Positions 51,832 to 59,226 of a stretch of DNA of 64,000 nt are shown here, piece by piece; within the stretch, counting starts at the first letter, position 1, and every line of letters starts with the position of its first letter. The stretch spans positions 5,313-69,312 of the forward strand of contig JBLNCE010000150.1 of assembly GCA_050260415.1 (NCBI GenBank), in the 5' to 3' direction. The notes below the pieces were generated by a model that was given only the letters and a program-made list of their open reading frames with translations, was not told the origin of the DNA and searched no databases. The translations under genes were made by a program, and so were the position numbers. Origin of the DNA: Bacteroidota bacterium. GTDB lineage: Bacteria > Bacillota > UBA4882 > JAAYXC01.

Positions 51832-53292
51832 CTAGAAGTTTTCGGTGCCCGTGGCGGCCGCCGGCGTTTCCTGCGGATACGGGATTCTCATTACCCTGCG
51901 TACCTCCCGGACGAGCTCCTTGCCCTTCAACGTTGGCGGAGCCGCGGTGGTGATGCTCCCGGGTTCCCCATACCAGAACCGGGGATTCTTGCCGCCCTTA
52001 TACTCCTGGTGCATACCGCCCGGGACGGAACCGCCGCCCTGATCGCCGAACTCCTCGCGGATCTGATCGAGGATCTGCTCATCCGTCGCTCCAGTCTCTC
52101 TCAGCGCCGCCCAGCGCTCTTTTGCCCCCGCGGTCATATGAAGAGCGCACCGCAGGCCTTCATCATATTCCTTGCCATCCTCCGCTAGCGCGGTTTCCTG
52201 TTCTCTGGTCTGTTCTTTTTCGGCCCTGTAGGCATCCACGGCGGCCTGGACGATGGGAAGCAACTTGGGCTTTTCGGCTTCGAGCGCGGCGGCGTAATCC
52301 GCGCCCTCGTTATCGCCGGGATAATACTCCATGAAAACCCATTCCGCAAGGGCGACGGCATCGTCCGCGTCATCCGGATATTCATCCATGGCCTTCCGGG
52401 TCAGCCTGGTAACTCTCTGCTCGTATGTTTCCTCGGGCTTTTCCTCCCCCGCCTCCTTGGCCGCCAGGCGCGCATAGATCAGTTCGACCTCCTGGCGGAC
52501 CATGGTGCGCTCCTCGTCCGTGGGTTCATCGGGGAACAGGTCGCCATCGGCCAGGATGGTCTCGACCAGGTTGTCGATTTCCGGCCGCGGCTCGATGCCG
52601 GCCAGAAGTTCCTCGGCTTTCTGGCGAACTTCCTGGCGGAATTGTTCCGCCCAAAACCGCTCGGCGGCCTGTTCGACCAGCGGCCGGACCTTGGCCTCAA
52701 ATTCGTCCTGCTCCCCTTCCTTCTGGTACCCGCCCACGGCCACCAAAACCGCCGCGAACAACTCGTCATCGGTGAGATCCTTCTCTCCCAGGGCCGTGAA
52801 GGTCTCCATTTCGACCAGGGCGCCGAAGGCGTCTTCCCTAATTCCGGCCAGGGCCCGCAAGACATAAGGCCGGGCCTTCTCGGATAGTTCCTCGACATTC
52901 CCGTCTTTGACCGGCCAGACGGTCGTGGCCACCCTCCGGATCAGTTCATCGAGGGGGACTTGAGGCTCTTTCTCATGCATGCTGGTGGCGATCCGGGCGA
53001 CATAGTCCCGCAGGCGTTCCTCGGTCATGAGAGGTGCGCGGGGCGGCTCCTCCTGGCGGTTGGCAGCGGCGAACACGCCGCCTAATTCATCGTCCTCACG
53101 GATCTTGAACGTGTACTCCTCGCCCTCGAGGTACCGGTCGGCCACCTCCCGCGAAGTGGTCTTAATCTTCGCGCCGATCTCGATCCCGTTGCCGGAAGAA
53201 ACGGCGCGCCTGAACCTAATCGTAAAAGTGATTTCCCCTTCGCCGTTTTCCGACGATGATTTCGCGATACACCGAAACCGCATATCTGCCAT
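51832..53292 (-). CDS. very acidic 486-aa protein of unknown function
   Basis: Good RBS (GGTAGGAGG). Long Glu/Asp-rich helical body after a beta-rich N-terminal segment. No family recognised. Confidence 0.6.
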   Translation of the reverse strand: MADMRFRCIAKSSSENGEGEITFTIRFRRAVSSGNGIEIGAKIKTTSREVADRYLEGEEYTFKIREDDELGGVFAAANRQEEPPRAPLMTEERLRDYVARIATSMHEKEPQVPLDELIRRVATTVWPVKDGNVEELSEKARPYVLRALAGIREDAFGALVEMETFTALGEKDLTDDELFAAVLVAVGGYQKEGEQDEFEAKVRPLVEQAAERFWAEQFRQEVRQKAEELLAGIEPRPEIDNLVETILADGDLFPDEPTDEERTMVRQEVELIYARLAAKEAGEEKPEETYEQRVTRLTRKAMDEYPDDADDAVALAEWVFMEYYPGDNEGADYAAALEAEKPKLLPIVQAAVDAYRAEKEQTREQETALAEDGKEYDEGLRCALHMTAGAKERWAALRETGATDEQILDQIREEFGDQGGGSVPGGMHQEYKGGKNPRFWYGEPGSITTAAPPTLKGKELVREVRRVMRIPYPQETPAAATGTENF

Positions 53293-53305
53293 GCTCTGAT
53301 ACCTC

Positions 53306-53518
53306 CTACCATCCTAATTCTTCGAGCTTCCACTCTTCGATACCGATGGTCACCTCCTCTCCTTCCTCAAGCGAATCCGGATCGTCAATCAAGCTCTTGG
53401 GTACCCACCGGCGATCGCCGTTCACCTCCAATAGGGCAGCCCGGGCGGTCATGCTAATCACCCGGGCAGTCACGTCGATGTAGTCTTGGCCTTCGCCGTC
53501 GAAGTCGTACATGCCCAT
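53306..53518 (-). CDS. hypothetical small acidic protein
   Basis: 70-aa frame from MGMYDF. Lies 13 nt upstream of the acidic protein gene. Confidence 0.45.
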   Translation of the reverse strand: MGMYDFDGEGQDYIDVTARVISMTARAALLEVNGDRRWVPKSLIDDPDSLEEGEEVTIGIEEWKLEELGW

Positions 53519-53522
53519 TCCT

Positions 53523-53846
53523 TCACCTTGCCGCTCTGGCCGCGGCCGCTTCCCGGGAGAGCATCTCCTTGCGCGCCGCCAAGAATTTCGTCTTATCCTT
53601 GGGCATGAAATCCGGAAGTATGTTGCACCCGCATTCAGTGCAAAGAACAACAGGCGGCGCGTCAGGCCAAGGGTGCGTGACTAACCGTCTGCTTCCGCAA
53701 TAGCGGCAGATCACTTCGATCTTCCAATAGTGCTCTGGGCATACGGCCAAGATTCGCGCGTTCGGCGCGGGCTCCTTGGTGAGTAAACAGGCGCCAGCAC
53801 AGAGAATAAGGAAAACAAACAGGATGACGGTCATGATAGTGGCCAC
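53523..53846 (-). CDS. membrane-anchored zinc-ribbon protein, hypothetical
   Basis: N-terminal TM (IMTVILFVFLILCAGACLL). CPEH...CRYC...CTECGC cysteine motifs. Confidence 0.5.
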   Translation of the reverse strand: MATIMTVILFVFLILCAGACLLTKEPAPNARILAVCPEHYWKIEVICRYCGSRRLVTHPWPDAPPVVLCTECGCNILPDFMPKDKTKFLAARKEMLSREAAAARAAR

Positions 53847-53849
53847 TAC

Positions 53850-54377
53850 TTAACCCTCCTTTGCCAGGGCTAAATCGCCCAGAATCGCGGCCTGATTGAG
53901 AGTCACCCGCTCGACGATGACCAGGGCGCCAGGCGCGTCCAGACCGGGGATAACGCCGGTATAAACCTTGCTGATCTGCCCATCCACCACCTGGTTGTCA
54001 TCATGCCATATGACATTCTTAAGGGCATCCTCGGTACTCCGCAGGAGTTTGGTCCGGTCGGGCTTTTTTGTGTGCAACGCAGGCGCGTTGGCTTTGAGCT
54101 GGCCGTTGGTGCGGTAGTGATCCCGTGGCCGTGGCATCACGAAGATGACCGATAACCGGAGAGGCCCGTCGAATATCATGCCATGATGACGCAATAAGGC
54201 TTGGTGGCCGGCTAGGCAGACCACCGATCTCCAGTCCTTGTTGCGCTTGTCGGCGTCATCGACCAGGATGGCCCGACCGGTCTTTTTGCTGACGCCGACG
54301 AACTTTTTTGACCCACCAGGAGCCGGGAGGCCGGGGACGAAGAACTTGAGTGTCTCCAGTACGGTCAACGGGAGCAC
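53850..54377 (-). CDS. rusA: RusA-family Holliday junction resolvase
   Basis: FFVPGLPAPGGSKKF...DKRNKDW...LRLSVIFVMPRP...KPDRTKLLRSTEDALKNVIWHDDNQV matches the RusA pattern. Confidence 0.8.
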   Translation of the reverse strand: MLPLTVLETLKFFVPGLPAPGGSKKFVGVSKKTGRAILVDDADKRNKDWRSVVCLAGHQALLRHHGMIFDGPLRLSVIFVMPRPRDHYRTNGQLKANAPALHTKKPDRTKLLRSTEDALKNVIWHDDNQVVDGQISKVYTGVIPGLDAPGALVIVERVTLNQAAILGDLALAKEG

Positions 54378-54547
54378 GGGCAGTCCTCCTTCCCCTTAGC
54401 CTCAGCTGCCAACACCCTCTGGCGCAATGCCAAGAGGATCTGTGCGCCCCTGCGGGCGTCTTCGCGGGTGAATCCGGCTTTACTGGTGAGTTGCCGAGTC
54501 AGTTCCTTGCGCGTGTCATTCTCACCAATGTCAATGATGGTCAACAC
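54365..54547 (-). CDS. hypothetical small protein
   Basis: 60-aa ORF overlapping the rusA start. Confidence 0.35.
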   Translation of the reverse strand: MLTIIDIGENDTRKELTRQLTSKAGFTREDARRGAQILLALRQRVLAAEAKGKEDCPCSR

Positions 54548-54550
54548 AGA

Positions 54551-54739
54551 TCACCTCTTCCTGTTCCGCCGCCGGGAGTCTCGTTCCATGAGCCGGCGTC
54601 TTTTTTTCTTGGTCTTTGCCTCTTTTGGTGGTCTTCTCGACCGGTGGCGAAACCTTGTGCGTCCCTGCCAGGGTTGGCGGCACGGCATAGGATCCCAATC
54701 TGGTACGTCCAGCCGAGGCGGGATCGGGATGACGATCAT
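54551..54739 (-). CDS. hypothetical small, highly basic protein
   Basis: ATGA overlap with the upstream gene suggests translational coupling. Arg/Lys-rich C-terminus. A competing frame exists at 54531-54770. Confidence 0.35.
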   Translation of the reverse strand: MIVIPIPPRLDVPDWDPMPCRQPWQGRTRFRHRSRRPPKEAKTKKKRRRLMERDSRRRNRKR

Positions 54740-55032
54740 TGTCGATCACCATCCCGCTTTGTTTCGTCAAGAAACCTCTTCAGACGACAGTCAGGTAGAT
54801 GTCCGTAGGCCGTAAACCGCCCGCATATCTCACATGCCAAACCACCAGGCCCGTCTATCCATTCAAGCTTAGTGAGTAGCTCGCGGGCCTCTTTGACCAA
54901 ACGGGTCAGCACCTTGACGCCGGTTTCGTCCATCAGGGCGCCAAGAGAATCTATAGGTTCGTTTGGGCCGAGGAGCAACGCATCGGCGCGCCGCTTAAAT
55001 TCTCGAATCTCCGTCTCCGTCACGATCATCAC
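54736..55032 (-). CDS. hypothetical protein
   Basis: 98-aa ORF. ATGA overlap with the DUF5131-like gene. Confidence 0.5.
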   Translation of the reverse strand: MMIVTETEIREFKRRADALLLGPNEPIDSLGALMDETGVKVLTRLVKEARELLTKLEWIDGPGGLACEICGRFTAYGHLPDCRLKRFLDETKRDGDRQ

Positions 55033-55793
55033 CTCCGTTTTGGTTCCGCAATAGCTGCCAACGCCGGCGGCAGCTCCCTTATGGGGAAGCGCTCCGCTAG
55101 TTCCCCCTTGACCCAGACCGGCACGTTATGCCGCCGGCATTCGATGATCAGGCTCTGAACCTGATTGTCAAGCGACCACTGAGCGGTAGATGTCTTTCCT
55201 CCGGTCAATTGGCCGATGACAGCCCACTTGACGCGCCGCCAAAGGGCATCCTCCATGGAGACCAAGCCAAGGAGAGGCTCGAAGGAGACCCATCCGTTCT
55301 CTTCAGGGAGTGACTGAACGCGCCATCGATCCCCGAGGCAGGTTACGGTCACGCCAAACCACCAGTTCTGATACATGGCCCAATCCTCGTGAGCTCGTCT
55401 CCATTGGCGATAGCGCCGGGCCATGTTCTCCGGGCACTTGGTCAGGAACAGATGAGCATGCCGCGGCGGGATGGGGATCGTCGGTTTCAGCGCACAGGCA
55501 TCCAACACGGCTTGCTGACGCTCTGCCGGTACCGCCGGATGCCACAAGTCGCCCATGTCCTGCACGAAGATCCGCTTCGGCTGGCCGGTCATGGGGTACA
55601 GGGCTGGAAGCCGCTCCGGGTGCCAATGGGGGACGAAGGCGCGGCACTCGGGGCACTCGACCAGATTGCGCTTGGCGAACCGTTTGGCGAAGCAATATGG
55701 GCATGGTCTGGGATCCGCCGCCGTACCCTCCGGCCCGTAGCACCCCCAACCGAGTGGATTGACTGTCTCGTCCACGTAATCAATCCTGGTCAT
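55029..55793 (-). CDS. phage Gp37/Gp68 family protein (DUF5131-like)
   Basis: N-terminal IDYVDETVNPLGWGC...CPYCFAKRFAKR and later FVQDMGDLWH match the remembered DUF5131 pattern. Confidence 0.65.
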   Translation of the reverse strand: MTRIDYVDETVNPLGWGCYGPEGTAADPRPCPYCFAKRFAKRNLVECPECRAFVPHWHPERLPALYPMTGQPKRIFVQDMGDLWHPAVPAERQQAVLDACALKPTIPIPPRHAHLFLTKCPENMARRYRQWRRAHEDWAMYQNWWFGVTVTCLGDRWRVQSLPEENGWVSFEPLLGLVSMEDALWRRVKWAVIGQLTGGKTSTAQWSLDNQVQSLIIECRRHNVPVWVKGELAERFPIRELPPALAAIAEPKRR

Positions 55794-55973
55794 CCGTCAG
55801 CCTCCCTTGTCATCTGATGACCCTCAGATATGGCCAGAACGCGATCAACACCACTGTGAACAGCGCCACGAGAAATAGGGGGTAGGCCAAGGAGCGATTA
55901 TACAAGCCGGGTCCCTCTTCACACAGCGAAAGCCCAGGCCCTCTGTGAAAGGACCTGGGCTGTACCGTTACGA

Positions 55974-57059
55974 TCACGCTACGACGGCCAATTCGCGCCA
56001 CTGGCTGGCCGGCAACGTGATGATCTCCCCGCCGACCCGCTCCAGGTCCGTGGCCCTCTCGTAGTCGTCGGCGGTATTGGCCAGGTTGGTCACGGCATTG
56101 GCAAGGCCCCACTGGCTAAGGTCGCCACCCTCGATGAGCCGCCGCAGCAGGCCGCCGCGCTCGTGCTCCCGCATGCTGAACCGCTCGACGACGCGATCCA
56201 GGACGGTCTCGACCGGCGCCTCAATCCGGCGGGTGCTGGCGTCCACGACTGTACCGCGGAGCTTCCCGAACTCCACCTCGTCGAAGGCGGACCGGATCAC
56301 ATCCTGGACCTGCATCATGAATGCCTTGTCCGTGGCCTTGCGGGTCTCGTCCCGGAAGAGCTCATAAAGGCTGTCCATGCCTTCGGCGCGCCGGCCGAGG
56401 TGGAACTTGCGCATGGCCCGGTCATTGATGACTGCACCGTTGAGGCAAACCAGACGATATAGAAGCGGCTCGACACAAACCGCACCAAGCCCGACTTCGG
56501 AGTTGGAAATCGAGATCCCGGCCTGGACAACGTCACCCTTTTTGACCTCAAAGGACAAACGTTCGGTCGTGACCTTGATGTACAGGTGCCGGTCGGTAAC
56601 CTCCGCCGAGACGACCTGCATCTGCTTGTCCTCCAGGAGGACGGGCAGCGCGACTTCGGCCAGGTCATAGTTGTCGATGGTGCGGTACCGGTCGCTGAGG
56701 AAGGCGCGCACATTACCGTCTAGGGTCCTAACGAGGCGCGGCGTGTTCTGGCGATTGAGCCAGAAGTTCAATTCGTTCGCGGCCATGATCGGGGAAGCGT
56801 TCTTCAGGCGCCCGTAATATTGGGCAGGGACGTTTGCGAATTCGCGGATCTGCCCCTCGGCCAGGCGGGTCAAAGGGAGGGTCTGGGCCTGGTCGTCGCG
56901 GCCCATGGTGAGGGTGAATGTGAGTTCGCCGTCATTTTGCATTGCTTGGGGGGTAGGGGCGATCTCCATCAGGTTGGTCGGGGCGACGTAATCCTTCTTG
57001 GTTTCGAGCTGGCGCTCCAGCTCACGAGCGAGGTCTACGAGAGAACGTCCTTCTTTCAT
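55974..57059 (-). CDS. DUF932-family (phage/plasmid-like) protein
   Basis: RAFLSDRYRTIDNYDL...GISISNSEVGLGA...RLVCLNG resembles DUF932/TIGR03299 proteins of plasmids, ICEs and phages. Confidence 0.65.
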   Translation of the reverse strand: MKEGRSLVDLARELERQLETKKDYVAPTNLMEIAPTPQAMQNDGELTFTLTMGRDDQAQTLPLTRLAEGQIREFANVPAQYYGRLKNASPIMAANELNFWLNRQNTPRLVRTLDGNVRAFLSDRYRTIDNYDLAEVALPVLLEDKQMQVVSAEVTDRHLYIKVTTERLSFEVKKGDVVQAGISISNSEVGLGAVCVEPLLYRLVCLNGAVINDRAMRKFHLGRRAEGMDSLYELFRDETRKATDKAFMMQVQDVIRSAFDEVEFGKLRGTVVDASTRRIEAPVETVLDRVVERFSMREHERGGLLRRLIEGGDLSQWGLANAVTNLANTADDYERATDLERVGGEIITLPASQWRELAVVA

Positions 57060-57079
57060 GCTTGCATCCTTCTTTCGGC

Positions 57080-57289
57080 TTATTTATTTGGCGCAGTTAC
57101 ACTCTGGAGTTCGTGCTCTTCCATCTCCGCATAGGGCCCGTTGTCGAGCTTTACGATGTACCGGATGAACTGCCGAACAGCGTTGCTGACATATTGGATG
57201 TCGAAAACCCGACCAAAGGCGCAGATCTGCGGAATGAAGACCCGCTCGTCCGGAACATACAGCGGATCTCCAAAAGCCTCAAACATCAA
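57080..57289 (-). CDS. hypothetical small protein (first gene of the leftward operon)
   Basis: 69-aa ORF, 20 nt upstream of the DUF932-like gene. AGGAGG RBS. Confidence 0.5.
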   Translation of the reverse strand: MMFEAFGDPLYVPDERVFIPQICAFGRVFDIQYVSNAVRQFIRYIVKLDNGPYAEMEEHELQSVTAPNK

Positions 57290-57300
57290 TGCACCTCCTT

Positions 57301-57470
57301 TGATGACAATATGTCTATGTCATCATGATAGACTGTCATCGACAATTTGTCAATAGGGGTGATGTAAATTGTCATCGGGGGGGGGGCTGAGACGTTTCGC
57401 CGCTTACTTATCGATGCCAGTAAGATATATAGCGATAGATATATATCGCAATTGATAGATCGAGCAGGGA
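57301..57470. promoter_or_regulatory. divergent control region: TGTCATCA operator copies, a G10 tract and an AT-rich repeat block (candidate centromere/operator of the TubR-like protein)
   Basis: TGATGACA-n9-TGTCATCA (57301-57325), further half-sites at 57334-57340 and 57369-57376, G10 at 57377-57386. GCGATA-GATATA-TATCGC palindrome (57432-57449) and GATAGAT repeats. Confidence 0.5.
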
Positions 57471-57483
57471 AGGGGGTGAAAAG

Positions 57484-57777
57484 GTGCTATGTGACGCATG
57501 CCGGACGGCCTTGGCGCGCGAGTTTGGCCCGGAGGAGTATCGCGTCCTCGATGTTCTGTTGAACGGCGGCGCTGTAGATCGGGCCATGGCCATGGCAAGA
57601 GAGGACATTCTGGCGAACTGTGATTCGTTGACCCTTGCGCGATTGCGGGATACTCTGTTGCGATTGTCCGCGACCAGGATGATCGATATCACCAATGGCC
57701 GGCGCGGCCTGGTCTACCTGACCGAGGATGGAACGGCAGCATTAAGAGCGTTCAAACGTGGAGGTGGACGAAGTTGA
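57484..57777 (+). CDS. winged-helix DNA-binding protein (TubR-like by position)
   Basis: 97 aa, GTG start after GGGGGTG. MarR/wHTH-like LTLARLRDTLLRLSATRMIDITNGRRGLVYLTEDG. Overlaps the start of the tubulin-like gene. Confidence 0.5.
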   Translation: MLCDACRTALAREFGPEEYRVLDVLLNGGAVDRAMAMAREDILANCDSLTLARLRDTLLRLSATRMIDITNGRRGLVYLTEDGTAALRAFKRGGGRS

Positions 57778-58901
57778 TCAAAATTGGAGTCGTGGGAGTC
57801 GGCCAGGCCGGAGGGAACATCGCCGCCGAATTCGGCAAATTGGGACATGAGAAGGCGGCCATCAACCTGAGCCTGGCTGATTTACGATCGCTGGAGGATC
57901 TCATTCCGGCACGGCTGACATTGGAGACCGGGGCCGGCGCGGCCAAGGACCCCGCGGAAGGATTCCGGGCCCTGGAGCGGAACGCGCAGCGGGTCATGGA
58001 ATTTCTGCGGCAGCAGTTCGCCGATTGCCAGGCGATCCTGGTGTCATTCAGCCTCGGGGGGGGGACCGGTTCCGGAGCCGGCCCGGGGGTCGTCGACCTG
58101 GCTGCGAACGTGTTCCCCGGGCGGCCGGTCGGGGCCATCGTCGTGCTCCCGGCCACCGAAGAGGCGCCCGTGGCCCAGGAGAACGCGGTCGAGGCATTCG
58201 CGGACCTGAGCAAGGTACGCGCCGGCGCAGTCCTGGTGGTGGACAATCAGCGGGCTTTCGAACTTCTGCGTGCGGAAAAGGCAGACGCTGGCCGCCGGGA
58301 ATTGTTCGAGGTCACAAACGGGACGGTCGCGCGGCTGGTCGACGATCTGATTAAGGTTCCCAGCATGGCCAGCGAACTGGGGAACGTGGATGAGGCGGAG
58401 GTCCTCGCTCTTCTTGGTGAACGCGGCCTGATGGTCATCGGGGAGGCCATTCTGACGGATGACGGCTGCGGGCCATCGAACGTGGCAGATACCGCAACGT
58501 TGATTCAGTACAGCCTGGAGAAAGGGGTATTCGTGCCGGCGGCCGGACGCGCAACGAAAGCGGCTGTGATCTGGCAGGCTCCCGCGGAGTGGACGCGGCA
58601 TCTCCGGATCTCCGAGGCATTGGATCCCTTGCCTGGGGAGGTCTTCGAGGGGATCTACGACGACGCGCGGGGGCGTATCCTGACTGTGCTCGCCGGTTTG
58701 CCCTGGCCGCTGACCCGGTTACATGACATCGAAAGCCGGCTTGAGTCGGCCAGGCCGGTCCTGGAGGAGACGGCGGCCGCGGTGCAGTCGATGGAGTACG
58801 AGCCGCGGGTCAAACCGGTCCTGGCAAGGAGGCCGCTTGGCGGCGGAGACGGGGAGCCGAGCGTGGAGGAGATACTCGGGAGGCATCGGCGGAGGCGGTA
58901 A
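57774..58901 (+). CDS. tubulin/FtsZ-superfamily GTPase (TubZ/PhuZ-like)
   Basis: T1 loop GVGQAGGN and tubulin signature T4 SLGGGTGSGAGP in the correct order and spacing. VVDNQ T7-like segment. TTG start after GGAGGTGG. Confidence 0.75.
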   Translation: MIKIGVVGVGQAGGNIAAEFGKLGHEKAAINLSLADLRSLEDLIPARLTLETGAGAAKDPAEGFRALERNAQRVMEFLRQQFADCQAILVSFSLGGGTGSGAGPGVVDLAANVFPGRPVGAIVVLPATEEAPVAQENAVEAFADLSKVRAGAVLVVDNQRAFELLRAEKADAGRRELFEVTNGTVARLVDDLIKVPSMASELGNVDEAEVLALLGERGLMVIGEAILTDDGCGPSNVADTATLIQYSLEKGVFVPAAGRATKAAVIWQAPAEWTRHLRISEALDPLPGEVFEGIYDDARGRILTVLAGLPWPLTRLHDIESRLESARPVLEETAAAVQSMEYEPRVKPVLARRPLGGGDGEPSVEEILGRHRRRR

Positions 58902-58917
58902 TGCTGCTTGGCGAGAC

Positions 58918-58947
58918 GGGGGAGAGACAGCTCTCTCCCGTTTTTTT
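58918..58947 (+). terminator. intrinsic terminator after the tubulin-like gene
   Basis: GGGAGAG-loop-CTCTCCC hairpin followed by GTTTTTTT. Confidence 0.7.
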
Positions 58948-58957
58948 GATCGTCATG

Positions 58958-58980
58958 GCTGTAATCAAATTGTAATCAAA
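58958..58980 (+). repeat. putative integrase arm-type sites (attR side)
   Basis: GCTGTAATCAAATTGTAATCAAA; one mismatch compared with 2545-2567. Confidence 0.5.
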
Positions 58981-59082
58981 GGGGCAGGGAAGGCGAGGAA
59001 AGACCGCGAAGTATAGGATGGGGAAAGGGGCAGTTAGCAGGAGATGAAGATAAACGGGGACGGGCGAAGAACTATGAAGAGA

Positions 59083-59130
59083 ACTGAAAATCCCCGTGTC
59101 GGCGGTTCGATTCCGTCCCTTGGCACCATT
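59083..59130 (+). repeat. attR core (orphan 3' part of tRNA-Phe)
   Basis: Identical to 2441-2488. Lacks the tRNA 5' half, so it is not a functional tRNA. Confidence 0.9.
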
Positions 59131-59144
59131 GTTTATTAGGGTGC

Positions 59145-59174
59145 AAGACCAGTGAGGAACTGGTCTTTTTGTTT
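59145..59174 (+). terminator. intrinsic terminator (probably the original tRNA-Phe terminator displaced by integration)
   Basis: AAGACCAGT-GAGGA-ACTGGTCTT followed by TTTGTTT. Confidence 0.7.
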
Positions 59175-59226
59175 GCCCTCCGTACCTTCCCATCGCGGAC
59201 AGTTTGGACAAGAGGAGGAAACCCCC

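Larger units (their letters stand above)
2441..59130. mobile_element. integrated temperate contractile-tail prophage (about 56.6 kb) in tRNA-Phe
   Basis: Perfect 48-bp direct repeats at both ends. Integrase lies next to attL. Complete lysogeny, replication, packaging, head, contractile tail and lysis modules lie between the repeats. Confidence 0.9.

Noticed and set aside
54531-54770. 79-aa minus-strand ORF competing with 54551-54739
   Set aside because: It overlaps both neighbours by more than 15 nt and lacks the ATGA coupling seen for the alternative frame. Neither frame can be confirmed from sequence alone.
55810-56112. 100-aa minus-strand ORF spanning the DUF932 3' end and the following gap
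   Set aside because: Most of it overlaps the well-supported DUF932-like gene in another frame. Only its hydrophobic C-terminal roughly 31 codons lie in the gap, and these are mentioned as a possible micro-ORF only.
59083-59130. Possible second tRNA-Phe gene
   Set aside because: Only the 3' portion (from the anticodon loop onward) is present. No acceptor 5' strand or D-arm lies upstream. It is the attR duplicate.
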